Assembly (NCBI GenBank): GCA_951406725.2
Contig: OX597820.1
Span: 82,832,001 to 82,896,000, forward strand
Direction of reading: 5' to 3'
DNA from: Octopus vulgaris
Taxonomy: Eukaryota
Length of the DNA stretch: 64,000 nucleotides
Position numbers and translations under genes: made by a program. Shown one piece after another: positions 1 to 13,762 of this stretch (position 1 is the first letter of the stretch; the number at the start of each line of letters is the position of its first letter). The notes under the pieces are model-generated. The model searched no databases and was not told where the DNA came from. It saw only the letters and a list, made by a program, of their open reading frames with translations.

Positions 1-386
1 TCGTCGTTGTTGTTGTTGTTGTTGTTGTTGTTGTTATTGTCGTTCTTGGTGACGGCGGTGGTGTTAGTAGTATTAGTAGCATTGACGGCACGGTCTTTGG
101 TGGCGGTGATGTTGGTATTGTTATTGGTGGCGACGTCTTTAGTAGGGATAGCAGTTTTAGTAGCAGATTCTGCCATGATGTTGTTGTCGGTGTTGGTGGT
201 GGTGGTGGACTCACTGATGATGTTGACGGTGCTTGGCCTTGCGACCTTTGTTTTGTATTTGTTGCTGTTGTCGATGTTGATGGTGGCGGAGTTGTCAGGT
301 TCAGCGTAAGGTAACAGAGCATCCTGTTTTTCTGCCTCTGCGTCACGCTTGACTTGCACCTCAGCCTCGTGGTGACCAGTGGCCAT
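1..386 (-). CDS. Probable first coding exon (partial, runs off the window) of an unidentified gene with an Asn/Thr-rich low-complexity N-terminus
   Basis: ATG at 386 in context CAAAATGG opens 128 stop-free codons to the window edge: MATGHHEAEVQVKRDAEAEKQDALLPYAEPDNSATINIDNSNKYKTKVARPST...TKNDNNNNNNNNNND. GC is higher than in the flanks. Candidate acceptors (tttcatttag, ttctcatag) lie just upstream. No domain recognised. Confidence 0.65.
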   Translation of the reverse strand, partial: MATGHHEAEVQVKRDAEAEKQDALLPYAEPDNSATINIDNSNKYKTKVARPSTVNIISESTTTTNTDNNIMAESATKTAIPTKDVATNNNTNITATKDRAVNATNTTNTTAVTKNDNNNNNNNNNNND

Positions 387-600
387 TTTGGAAATAAAAT
401 GGCTAAATGAAACCACGAAGGCTATGAGAATTTTTTCTTTTAAATTTTGCCCACAAGGGGCAAAATTTTGTGTAGATATTAATCAAGGTTTGCAGTGGAT
501 GTTGTTGCACAACTTTTAAACACCAAATATTTCACAATAAACAATTTTCAACGTACAAAATGACCAACTTACGTGGAGCCCATTTGACTAGCGTCCGTCC

Positions 601-621
601 ATAGATAGATAGATAGATAGC

Positions 622-692
<71 letters not shown>
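601..692. repeat. (GATA)n microsatellite
   Basis: Near-perfect tetranucleotide array. Confidence 0.97.
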
Positions 693-693
<1 letters not shown>

Positions 694-1319
694 GTCCTTG
701 TACATTTGTACATAAGTGTGTCCTTTCCTGCCAACTTTCTTTACACACATTCTCCTATATTTGCACATAATCAGACACAGGGTTGCGCACATTCATATAG
801 AAATACATTTGCTACTTATAGATTTATAATTCCATGTACCGATAATTGAAAATTGTCAGTAACCTATAAATAGTTATAGATGTTAATGATATTATGAATC
901 TTTCAGGCGTTCTTCTCCCATCCGAAAGTTTACCGACCAATTTACAATTACTATACATTGCATGCTGTATCTATTGGTTAAATCAAATATCTGCAACGTA
1001 ATGGAATTAAAGCAGGGTTACAGACGAAAAAAGAATGTTATAAATAAGATAAATCTGATTAGATCAAATCTGATATAACAATTTAGTATAGCCGTAATTA
1101 TATTATCAATGGAATATATAACATTTCCATCTTCATTGAGTTTAAGGTATTCGAAGCAAAGTGTTTGCATTTAAGACACTTATCTCAGCTAATGTCATAA
1201 ATAGCGGTGATTACAGTTCAGTTTATATATAGAAATATATTACATTATATTACACTAGGAACAGAAACAATATACTTCAGAGTTATGTATTAGCATACAA
1301 TGAAACTCATGACAACTAC

Positions 1320-1740
1320 TAAAGTGAACTCGAACATGGTCAATGAGCTTTCAATAAACAGCAACTCAAACTCCCTCGGAGCATAAATGATCTTGACTAT
1401 TGGAACTGCCTCAAAATATTGAAACGTAATTCTCTCCAGCGCCGCCGTGATCGCTACATCATGTGCAAAATATGGAGATTATACCACAAGCACTGCCCAA
1501 ACGACGTTAACTTTAGATTCAGAATTCATCCAAGGCCGGGGTCACGTGCCATACGTCCCCTAAACAATTCAGGATCACAACATAAATTCACTGCAATACT
1601 ATTTCTTTTCCCAATACTATTTCTTTTCCTGGTTATTAATATCCCAAAACAAATCAAAAAAGAAAAATATACCATCGTCTTCAAACGAAACCAGTTAAGC
1701 CACCTATAACTGGTTACATCTCGGTTAAAAATTCCCTAAT
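1320..1740 (+). mobile_element. Decayed 3' end of a CR1/L2-like LINE ORF2
   Basis: YWNCLKILKRNSLQRRRDRYIMCKIW resembles the Y..RL..L.L.SL.RRR.R C-terminal motif of CR1-group RTs; frame is disrupted. Confidence 0.6.
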
Positions 1741-4700
1741 TGAATGAGCAATGATGCTATAAAACTTGACTTAAAAACAACTCAAAAGATCCTATCACGT
1801 GGTACTATTAAGATACATGTGCTCTGGCTCGATCTTTAGCCGAAACATCTAAGCACACATGATCGTCTTGAACAAGAAGTATACGTTAAATGTTGCATAT
1901 TACTGCCATATCGGTAAATGACTTCAAATATTTTAGTAAGTTGCATATACTTACGTAATCTTCCATGAAGATGCAATCTGATATTTCATTTTTCTAAAGG
2001 GTAAATACGAAAATACATGCAAAGCATGTAGTATTTCAGAAGCTTGAATTCTCCAGTAAATGACTGGATGGAATTTGATCTTCTACTTACACGGTCGTGG
2101 TTTCAATGAGTCTACTTATTTATCTCTGATTTATACATTTTTTACTTATTCATCTCTAATTCGTATGCCTACTCATTGAATTTTTCCATGGGGCAGCTTA
2201 TTTATGAACTTTTAAGAGAAGATATGCAAGATGAATTCTCTCATAGTTTGAAGCCACGAGTAGAGGGACAAAAGCAGGAATGATTTTCAAGCATTTCTCA
2301 AAAGTATAAGTAGCGTAGATTAACTGACGCGTGTCGAACTTGAGTATCGACCAACTGTTTGCTTTCCTAGACATTTATAACAGCGAAAGCTATGATGTCT
2401 AATTCTTTATTCCTCATATTAGCAAAAGATGACGAATTTTTGCGTGAGTGGTGTATTGTTGATTCAATAAAGTTCAGTAAAAATGTGGCATTTTTTTATT
2501 GATTCCAAACAAATAAAAGTGAAATATACAAAACTGAACATTGCAAATGCAAGATCTGACTTTTAGGCAAGTGCCTGACATTAAGGTCCCTTTGAGTAAC
2601 GCCAATACGCACATCACCTCAGGACACACAGAAACATTATTTTTACCAATTTTATTAACTGATTTCTCTTGAGATGTACCATCTTTATTTTTGTTAGGTT
2701 CTAGCTTTTTCTTACATATTGCAAGTCATTTAGTTCAGTATCCTTTCTGCGCACACACGTGCTCACTTAAACCCAAATCTATACAACGTGAACGCAGGCA
2801 TAAAGATACACACATACCTACACCCTTACTCACAAGAAAAAAACACCTGCATACACTCAGATATAAACATTCATATAAAAACTATTGCTAATTCCCTCAT
2901 GAGCACCGACTTACATACACTGATATATATACGCGTAAATCTACATATTCAATCATACACGCCATTCCTTCACAAATGCACGTACATTCGCTAAAAATAC
3001 ACACACAATCATCCACACAAACACAAATGCGAGCACATTTATGCACACATCACACATACATTCACTTACAAATCCACACACATTCATCCACAAACCACAT
3101 TCACTTAAAATAACTCACCCCCCCCCCCCACACACACACAGATAAATACCCACACATACACCAGCCTAAAGACAGATTCGCCCGCATAGACAGATTTTCT
3201 CACAAATACACATTCACTCACTCTTTCTTTGAGTTGAAGTGGCAGACATTAGTGAAGTCGATTCATATCGATTATAGCTATTGGTTATAGATGTTTGGTT
3301 ATGTGCCAATATTAAAAATCAATAATGGTTTCTTCCTTCTTATCTCGGTAAAAAAAGGTTGTTGAGGTTTGTGTACTGCGGTGGATGGGGAAGTCAAGAG
3401 AAACTTTAAACTATGTTGTATTATCTGCTTGCATGGATTTTAGGTTTTGCATAACAACGTTGGTCACAAGATAGATATCAATATTATTTAATAGGTTTAG
3501 GGTGATGTAGGAGAAAGGGGAAGAATAATAAGCTTGTTTTTCATTTCCTTTGGGGTCGGTGAAATCTGCGCTAGCAATAAACCGGAGTTGAGCCAACGTC
3601 TAAAAGATGCTTTCCTATAAAACTCAACCTTTTAAGTTGTAAAGAACTCGACATTAACTGATTTTTGTTGGGAATCAATACGCTGGAATTGATGAGAGAT
3701 CAATACACACAGCTCTAATCTGTTCCCATTGATACGGAACTGGTAGTTTAACAGCATTGATTGCGACATTTTAGGTTAATGAAGCAGACACAGATACGGT
3801 ATCCTTTCCATGTGGAAGAATATTACAATATTGATTGTTGATTTAACATCCTCTCTCTCTCTCTCTCTCTCTCTCGCTTTCTCTCAAACTTTCTCACCCT
3901 CTCTCAAAGAGGGGATCATTTCAGATGCTTAAATGTTGTTTGTTCGTTTTCCAATAACTAATGAGAGATCGTAGCTTCATTTAGTTCAGCAAAGCTATTA
4001 TAACAACCAGTCTTGCTTTTTACGGCAGTTAATCGTTTTCTCCACACATCATATGATGGTAGTTCACTCGCTGTTGAATATTTGATTGATGGATTCGATT
4101 GACATAACGAGAAAGAATACCATTCCGACATATTTAAAAGAAGCAGAATATCAGTTTATGGGGTTGACTTCCTGTGTATCTCTTACACTGTATTTATGAG
4201 ACGTGATACAGTAGCTACTCATTGTTAATTGTTGGTAGTAGGGAAGTCTAAGAGAGCTGAGAGTGGCATTATGACTTTGATGTCTTTTTCGAAGAAGTTG
4301 GTAATATAGATATCAAAACATAAAATGTACAATAGAAATGACAATCACAGCCAGATTATAGATTCGTTCGGTCGGAAGATTTTTCACCTACAGTATATTT
4401 TAATAGTGAACCGAGAACTCATTAAGACTTAGAGTACACGTTCAACTACAGGTAAAGCAACGTTATATTTCGCTGTATGCCTAAACTAATTTATCATTCA
4501 ATCAATGTTTATATTACTTATAAGATCAGGAAATGGCGGAAACTATTTTGTTCTCGAAAGAGCTATTTGTAGTAATTAGATATGTACCTTTACATTGTCA
4601 GTTCAAATCCTACCGCAACAGACCTCACTTTTCCTCCTCCTGGCTTTGATACCCTAAATATTCTTGAAGTACAGGGAACAATCTCGGCAACTATACACCT

Positions 4701-5180
4701 CCATAAAATGGGCCACCTTGGTTCAGTTCTAGGAATCAATAATGACACAATGATGGATGGCAAGAATCATAGAACGATATCAAAATTATTAGTAGTAATT
4801 ATTTATGTGATATAAAGATCAAATCCTGTCAAGTTAGACTTTGTAGCAATGTGTCAATGCGTGAATGCCATGTTCCTTGTCATAAGTCCTGAGCTGGAAT
4901 TCCACTGAAGTCAGCTTTACACTTCATCATTCTGTAATCGATAAAATCTTAGTCATGCACTGGGTTCAGGTTAGCTAACCATGTCTTCCTCCAGCTTGTA
5001 AGGAGCCGCTGTTTTTGGAAAAATTTATCGATACCTCACAAAGGCATAATCATTGGAAGCGGTGTGGTCACAATCGGAGATCACCGGGGAATATAGAACC
5101 CAGTATTTGTAGCGTTTTGCAGAATATTATCGATATTGTTGATGTGTTAGGAACCTTAAATGCATATAGTGCCTTTATAT

Positions 5181-5571
5181 CCCTTTATTCCTTTACTTGT
5201 TTCAGTCATTTAACTGAGGCCACCACCTAAAATTATTTTAGTCGAAGAAATCAATCCCAGGACTTATTCTTTGTGAGCTTTATACTTATTCTATCGGCCT
5301 TTTGTTACCAACTGCTAAGTTACGGGGGTGTAAAACACCAACATCGGTTGTCAAGCGATAGTGGGGTAAACACAGACACAAATACTCACACACACGCACA
5401 ACCACACATGTATATAGCTCAGGCTTCTTTCAGACTCCATTTACCAAATACACTGGCAAGATTTTGGTCGACTCGAGGCTATAGTAGAAGACATTTGCCC
5501 AAAGTACCACGCAGTAGGACTGATCCCTGAACCCTGTGGTTGGGAAGCAAGCTTTTTATCACACAGCCACG
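5181..5571 (-). mobile_element. tRNA-derived SINE, family A (internal CA/TA microsatellite), decayed
   Basis: Aligns along its length with the copy at 24171-24578 (cttgtttcagtcatt...catcggttgtcaagcg...gctatagtagaagacatttgccc...acacagccac). Confidence 0.85.
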
Positions 5572-6405
5572 TCTTGTAAAATTATCTTTTTAATGACAAA
5601 TGTCACGTTGTCCTTTCAATTTTGGATAGTGTTTTCACAGTCTGTGTTCATAGAAACTGAAATTGGGAATAAATACTGTGCGAATATTAAGTCTGTATGA
5701 TATAGGTTAAAATATAATGAAGCATGTTGTCAACTGTTTAAGAGACTGTATTTTTAGAAATAATAGTGATGCTGGTGGTCTATGCAGAGAGACTTGAGTG
5801 TGAAAGGCTAGAGTGAATCTTAGATACAGTAGATATGATTGTGTCAAGGTGGTAAACAGAGCTTGCTACACTGAAGTCCATAGACTCCATTGAACAAATA
5901 TTAAAATAGAAAAAGTCAAACACTGATATATGGCCCATAGACAAGTAACAGCTAAGTTTGATAAACTTAATAAAAGCGAAGTAATTGAAGGGTGATTATC
6001 AGTCTAACAGTAAAATTGCTGTAAAGACGAGTTTAAAATTAATATTGCTTCCCTTATGCACGAATAAGGGAAGCAAATTTACTTTTAGACTGGTCTTTAC
6101 AGGAACTATATTAGTGGTTAAGGAGAAGGCAGAAATAGATGCAGTGGGTTGAAGAGACATGTGATTTGTTATAGTCATCATCTTATTTAAGATGTTATGA
6201 ATTAAGGTGGCTAGTTGATAATTGGTACGTTCCTTTGTTCTAATTGTTTAGAAATATGTTTAAACCAGGACAAACGGTTTTGATTACATTTTCATCATAA
6301 TACAAATGGATCAATGAGAGAATCTTTAGTTTAGAAATTTTGTCATTTGCAAAAGGAAATGGAACTGTCGTCTGGAATATTGGGAAATACTTATTAAATA
6401 AACTA

Positions 6406-7649
6406 CAGGAGTTGGACAAAATAATGGAAACACCTACCATCATAGAATCATAATTTTGAAATATCTAAAAAACTTGATTATTTTTATGATTTTTGATTTA
6501 TCCTTAGTGTGGCTTAATTTGTTTTGCTAAAATTTATGTTTCTTTTTTAGATATCATCAGAAAAAGGTAATTAAAATTCATTAAAATGACAGACCTATCG
6601 GCTTTCAAAGAGGTCAAATTGTTGGTGCTCGTATGGCAAGCGCTAGTGTAACGAAAACAGACGAAATGTTTGGTGTATCAACAAGTGCTCTCTCGAAAGT
6701 AATGACAGCCTTTGAGAAAGAGGGAAAAGCTTCCTCGTCGAAACAAATATCCGGAAGAAAACCAAAACTTTTAGATAGGGACCGTAGAACTATTACGTGA
6801 ATTGTTATAAACGATCACTAAAGTACAGCTACCACAATTACTGCAGAGCTTAATGACCACATCGGGAATCCAGCTTCCATAAAACTGTTCGCCGGGAACT
6901 CCACAAAGCCGGATTTCACAGGGGGATTCAATCAGAAAACCACTACTTTCAAACACAAACGTTGCAAAGCGTTTAGAGTTGGTCCCTAGAGCAGTAGAAG
7001 AATGCTATTGTCCCGGACGACTCATCCTTTACCTTATTTCCGACCACCGGCCGAATATACATGTAGAGACAGCCAAAAGTAGCATTTGACCAAGAGTGCC
7101 TTCTTCCAACTGTTAAACATGGAGGAGGATCGGTGATGATCTAGGGAGTGGGCTATATCTTAGAAATCCGCCGGCTCAAAGGTTTCTCTTCGTGGCAGAA
7201 TGAATAGCCAAGACTATTTAAGTATTTTATCTGATCAAATTCATCCTATGTTTGCGGAACTTTTTCCAAAGGGAAAAGCAATCGTTCGGGATGATAATGC
7301 ACCAATTCACACACCTAAAGTTGTTACTGAATAGCACGCGGAACATTCTAGTGAAGTTACTCATCTTATCTGACCCCCACAGTCCCCGGATCTCAATATT
7401 ATTGAACATTTATGGTGCATTTTAGAAAAACAAGTAAGGAGTCGATATCCTCCACCATCATCACTACAAAAACTCGAGACTGTTTTAGTTGAAGAATGGA
7501 CAAAAATTCCTTCGTAAACAATTCAAAATTTCTACGAGTCCATATCTCGTTGAATTCAAGCTGTAATTACTGCCAAAAGCTCTCCTACCAATATTAAAAT
7601 AAATTTGTTTGAAATTTTAAGGTGTTTCCATTACTTTATCCAAACCCTG
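6406..7649 (+). mobile_element. Tc1-family DNA transposon copy A, full length (~1.24 kb), decayed
   Basis: TIRs CAGGAGTTGGACAAAATAATGGAAACACCT / AGGTGTTTCCATTACTTTATCCAAACCCTG flanked by TA on both sides. Transposase motifs VKHGGGSVM, DDNAPIH and SPDLNIIE. Confidence 0.93.
6586..7597 (+). pseudogene. Tc1 transposase pseudogene (copy A)
   Basis: ATG at 6586 to TAA at 7595-7597; multiple frameshifts and stops (e.g. TAG 6995, TAA 7515, TGA 7551). Confidence 0.88.
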
Positions 7650-8804
7650 TATATGCTGAAGTAAATTACTTTTGACTGTTATAGTAGATATTGGAGCTTT
7701 GCATTTGTTTTTAACATATTAAAAAATTTTCTTCTAAATCGTTCATACCGTCCCTTACTTGAAGTTATATATCTGTAAATAAAAACCAGATAGAATATTT
7801 CTAAATTTAAAAATGCAAAATTACCATTTCATGAGAAAAATGTGAAGCAATAAAATGCTGTTTATCGAACATCAGGTTTTTTTCTGTTTTCAAATAATAT
7901 GCATGAAATAAAAGGATCCTCAAATAATAATAAAAAATTGGATTTTGTAAAGATTTTTTTTTTACTGCTTTCGCGAATTCCCGTGATTCTCTCTCTCTCA
8001 CCATCTATTTCCCTTATTATGAAATGGTAGCTTTAGTCATAGGGAATCGTTCATTAGTCAATTACACAACTATGAATGCTACCTCTGTAGATGCGTTGAA
8101 GTAACTCTCTTGAGAGTGCTTATTGATCATGACCGTTGAGCTAGGATTCATCCGCTCTGCATCAATGTAAGAAGCACCGCTGGCTCAGTTGAGCTCTTCC
8201 AGTACCTATTCACAATCATCCACCTTGCAAGCCATCACTTCACCGTATCTCTGGCAGGCTGGCTGGATGAGTGCTTTGCATTACCAAAGGCCAGCCTGTA
8301 ACTTTACAGAGCACGGTCATTACTCCGAGAGATATTTTCAAAATACCTGCATATTCACAGAAAATACCCGCATACCCAAGGATTTATAGTGACTAGAAGT
8401 AAGGTTTTAAGTTGTTGCTTAACCTCGTATCTTTGCTGATTGCTCGGACATTTAATCGAAGTCATTCTTTTCGTTCATTTAATTTGAAATATAATGCTCA
8501 ATGCTATCCTTTTCTTTTAAGACGATAGTACATTTAGCTTTGAGATAATTCAACTGTTAATTTGTAGCAAATTGGGTGACCTTTTAAGTGCTCTCTCACT
8601 TATTTTACAACATCGTTCAAACGGTGGCACAGCCATTTACCTTGCGAGGGGTAGCTATTTCGAGAACACAATAGAAACTAGTGTTATATTCTAGCATGCA
8701 TTATACTATGCTCTCGATCTCTTTTGTCTTGGTTTGCCTCCAGCTGCTCCCAGTCTAGTTCATATCAATGTGGTTTTTCAATTTCTCTCATGAAAACAAT
8801 TGTT

Positions 8805-8868
8805 ATAACACACTGATGAGTATCTGTTTGAAGCAAAAGAAATCATAATTACGAAACTTGTTCATTGC
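8805..8868 (+). ncRNA. Degenerate type I hammerhead-ribozyme motif
   Basis: CTGATGA (8813-8819), stem II closed by GTA/TAC, GAAAC-TT-GT; stem I poorly paired. Confidence 0.35.
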
Positions 8869-9533
8869 AACGTTCTTTCATTTCAAAGTGCTATTTTACT
8901 CTATCATATTTTATTCTATTTTATTCTATATTAACTTTGCTTCTTCAGTCAATTAATTTTAATGATTTTTTCCTTTAGACATTATTATTTCAAAAGATAA
9001 AATTTCGTTTCAATTCTTTGAAATTTATGGCATAATCATATTTTTGTTGTTAAATCAATGACATAGTGAATGGATGTTTAGTGCTTGCTGGTTTGTAGAT
9101 AGCATTGGCGTAGAGAATGAATGTTTAGTGCTGTTTTGTAGATAACAGCTTTCATTGAATGGTTTCCGTTTATTATTCTAGTTTGAAAGTAGCATTCTGT
9201 TTTACTTCTGAAATTATTGCAATTAGAGTGAGGAGCTGGTCGTTGAAGAATTAGAATGCCTGAGTTCTAGTATCGATTAACATCTTCAGGTCAACCTACT
9301 TCATTTGCAAAGCTAATGTTGTTGATAAGAGTATCAACACCACGGCATACATATTTTCCTCTTGTAAAATGTAAATTAATGACACACTGGAAATAGAAAG
9401 CATGTGAGTGACTGTTGAACGTGCATGAAATGCAGTTACATTTCTCTCAATTTACTTAACATTGGATTTTTCTAGAGTAACGAGTTCTAACATGATCTTT
9501 GCCAGTCACCGGGCCAAATTAGAAAATATAACC

Positions 9534-9618
9534 TATATATTAAATATATAATATAAATATATAATATATATATAAAATATATAATATATATAAATATATA
9601 TATATGTATATATATATG

Positions 9619-9673
<55 letters not shown>

Positions 9674-9701
9674 GTATATGTATAACCTATATATAAAATA
9701 T
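9534..9701. repeat. Interrupted (TA)n microsatellite
   Basis: Direct observation. Confidence 0.92.
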
Positions 9702-11776
9702 AAGCTAATGCTGAAATGAACTCGAGAGGGTCATGTATACATCGCTGACAGGTAAATTACTACAGGATTCATCCTGAGTGAACGTAACACAATATATATC
9801 CGAGAAAAGCAAACATTTCCTCAGGTAGTGGCCACTGAAATCGCCAAATGCACTTCGGCGAAGTTAAGCGTATTCAATAGTCTGTGATTACAGCGAACCA
9901 CATGCCAAAACAAGATTCGGTTGTGTAGGCGGTAGGTAGGAGTCACTGCAATGGGGTCTACCGCGCCTGACTTCTCTACATAGACCACCGGCATCACTGT
10001 TGCTCCTAAATATAGACTCTTATGCAGTTGATAACATGTTTCAATAGTCATACAGATAATATTTTAGACATCCTACAGAATTTATACACAGTTGCAAGCT
10101 TTCCATGAACCCAGATTTTCAAAACGCTACCAAGTATGGAAACGGCAACATAATATTTATCATCAAAATATCGTACTACGATACCAAGAAGCAATATGTA
10201 TTTCAGGTTACTAGCAAAGGAACAGTATGGAACAATATACAATAATAGAGTGCAACAGACTACATATGTTGGGTCCTGCATTCCCCGTTGATCCCTGATT
10301 GTGATCTCTATACATATATTCATCTTGCCCACACTGCATACAGATTCACTTCACTATATATTGTTTTAAACACAGAATGTCCATGAGCTTTTCTCTCTTG
10401 ACGTATGCCGAGAAAACCTACTACCTGACAATGATGCATAGAGGACTATTTTGATTTAATGTTGCTTGAATTGCGTATACCAGATATTTTGTTCAGCGAA
10501 GCGGCTATTGGCAGTACTGGTGAATGTTTCCTATACATAGAATGCGACGAATTCCTTCTAAGAATGTGGGTGGCTTCCAATGCACGCAATTGATAAGCTT
10601 TAAGTAGACTAAAATACACCTGGTATTCTTGCTAGCCGCTGCTTGACTGATTTTCATCTTTCTTCGATATATTTTGTGCTGTTTAACAAAGCACATTCAA
10701 AAGACGTTAGCTTTAAATGAATAGAGTAGTAACCTGTGTGTCAATGATGTTAAATGTGATACATAGAGACCTATACGTTAATTTGACAAAAACGAAAACA
10801 TAGATTGTGTTGGAGAAATAAATTGTCTCGATTAGGAATTAAATTCTGAGGCGTTAAGGGACAAAGATTGCAAGCTTTTAATGATTGCTCTGCTAATCGA
10901 AAAATAGCAGCCTAATCTCTCTAAGATCACAATAAAAAGCAACATTGGACAATGAAGTTCTATATATAAATGAATAAATGTGGTGGTCAATTTGGACTGT
11001 CTTCGACCATAGGTGTGACTACTTGAAATTCCTGGGTGAAGAGAAATCAATAAAATAGATACCCTAGCACATACTTTTTACATTCTCGAGGATGCATTGA
11101 TTTCATTTTATATATTCACAAATAAAATTTCGGATAAGGGAAGTAGGGAAGTAGGAAATTATAATATTCAGGCATTAAATTATTAAATTAGCATATTAAT
11201 GTATGCGTTCATTATTTTCATCTCTCAATGAAACAGTTTCGTATTTCATAGCATAGAAGTTATATTTCTGCGACAAACGCTTATATAGTCCTTCCTCACA
11301 CATTCTTTAATCATATATTAAAAATTGTTCAAACATTTATTGATATTTCATTCGCTGACGAGATTGAACATGCAATAGATATAGTGTCCTTTAATTGATG
11401 TAGTTCCCATCAAGTGTACCTTTACATATAGTAACATATATATATGACTAATATAGTTGATTACACTGACTCCTGTTTGTAATATTGAGTAATCTGTAAA
11501 TATTACATAGAGGAAAATGAGTTGAGAAATATACGCATTAAAACTTTAGGTTTTAAATAATCAAAGCGTACAATATAATATGTGTAAATTGTGTACATAT
11601 ATCAGATTTTAATTTTGCTTTCTGTAAGATCCTGTCGGCGTGTAGCAATAACATTTGGGTATACCTGACATGTTTATTTCAATGGCTTGTTATAGCATGA
11701 AATAGTCGTAACCTATATTCAAAATACTGCTGTTTGTAGAAATCACCTCTCTCTCTCTCACACTTTCTCTCCCTCT

Positions 11777-12043
<267 letters not shown>

Positions 12044-13222
12044 CAGGGGTTGGAAAAGTAATGGAAACACCTAGCAGCATAGCATCATAATTTTGAAATA
12101 TCTATACCACCGTAAAATACTTGTTTCTTTTTATGTTTTTTGATTTATTAGTGTTGCTTAATATATAAAGTTGCTGTTTCTTTTCAGATATCATCAGAAA
12201 AAAGTAATTAAAATTTATTAAGATGACAGGTCTATCGGACTTTCAAAGAAGTCAAATTGTTGGTGCTCGTGTGGCAGGCGCTAGAGTAATGAAAACAGAC
12301 GAAATGTTTGGTGCATCAAGAAATACTGTCTGGAAAGTAATTACAGCCTTTGAGAAAGAGGGAAAAATCTCCTCGTCGAAACAAATCTCAGGAAGAAGAC
12401 CAAAATTTCAGATAGGGACCTTAGGACTATTACGCGAATTGTTAGAAAGGATCACAAAAGTACAGCTCCCAAAATTACTGCAGAGCTTAATGACCACATT
12501 GAGAATCCAGTTTCCATAAAGACTGGTCGCCGGGAACTCCACAAAGCCGGATTTCACAGGGGGATTCAATCAGAAAACCACTACTTTCAAACACAAACGT
12601 TGCAAAGCGTTTAGAGTGGAGTAAAATCCTACAGAGTTGGTCCCTAGAGCAGTAGAAGAATGCTATTGTCCCGGACAAGTCATCCTTTACCTTATTTCCG
12701 TCCACCGACCGAGTATATGCGTAGAGACAGCCAAAAGAAGCATTTGACCCACACTGCCTTCTTCCAACTGTTAAGTATGGAGGAGTATCTGTGATGATCG
12801 TGGTGGGGTCTATATCTTGGAAATCCGCCGGCCCAATGGTTTCCCTTCATGGCAGAATTAATAGTGAAGACTATTTAAGCATCAATTCACACAGCTAAAG
12901 TTGTTACTGAATGGCACACGGAATATTCTAATGAAGTTGAACATCTTATCTGGCCACCACAGTCCCCAGATCTCACTATTATTGAACATTTATGGTGCAT
13001 TTTAGAAAAACAAGTAGGGATTCGATATCCTCCACCATCATCACTACACACACTGGAGACTGTTTTAGATGAGGAATGGACAAAAATTCCTTTGTAAACA
13101 ATTCAAACTTTGTAGGAGTTCATATCTCGTTGAATTCAAGCTGTAATTACTGCCAAAGGAGATCCTAACCCATATTAAAATAAATTTGTTTGAAATTATA
13201 AGGTGTTTCCGGTATTATTGTC
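12044..13222 (+). mobile_element. Tc1-family transposon copy B, decayed, internal ~77-bp deletion, rearranged right end
   Basis: Left TIR CAGGGGTTGGAAAAGTAATGGAAACACCT after TA; colinear with copy A. ORF 12223 MTGLSDFQRSQIVGAR is the HTH start. The DDNAP segment is deleted near 12882. The right TIR is broken by inverted duplications. Confidence 0.92.
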
Positions 13223-13370
13223 CCGGAAACACCTTAAAATTTCAAACAAATTTATTTTAATATGGGTTAGGATCTAAAATGCACCATCAATGTTCAATAA
13301 TAGTGAGATCTGGGGACTGTGGTGACCAGATAAGATGTTATATATATATATATATATATGAAATTAATAA

Positions 13371-13762
13371 GTAGTATTTATGCTTTCGTCATTCAAATTA
13401 CTGGATGATTGAGCGATTTGCAATATTTCACCAAAAAGGAGTATTATAATTGTCACTAAATGTGACTAGGGTGTTAGGAAATACATATGTTGCTAGAAAT
13501 ATGAACTAAACCGTTCTAATGCTGTAGTTAGCGCACAAGAACCGAACGATCGAGTGGTCTTAACTGACGAAGCAATGAAAATTTCCGAAACTGATGTGAG
13601 TATTGAGAATTCTGGATCGGCATTTTTCAGACGATTATGCTTTCATTCATGTGCGTTAACTACTGCATCAGAGCGGTTTAACTCGTATTTCTAGCAATGT
13701 AAATGTTTCTAACACCCTAGTCACATGTATCCAATAATATGGATGGCGAAAACAAATACTAT
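13371..13762 (+). mobile_element. Rod-like foldback element with an apical hammerhead motif (retrozyme or Penelope pLTR-like)
   Basis: Nested inverted repeats: 13371-13406/13729-13762, 13460-13541/~13646-13726 and 13547-13563/13603-13619, enclosing a hammerhead core. Sits next to (TA)n at 13339-13359. Confidence 0.7.
13558..13608 (+). ncRNA. Type I hammerhead ribozyme motif with intact catalytic core
   Basis: Stem I TCTTAA/TTGAGA; CTGACGA+A; stem II G-C then AAT-GAAA-ATT; GAAA (13587-13590); stem III ACT/AGT; GTA cleavage triplet ending at 13602. Confidence 0.72.

Noticed and set aside
7-309. Plus-strand Leu/Val-rich 100-aa ORF resembling a membrane protein
   Set aside because: Antisense shadow of the Asn/Thr-rich minus-strand frame; no real ATG start.
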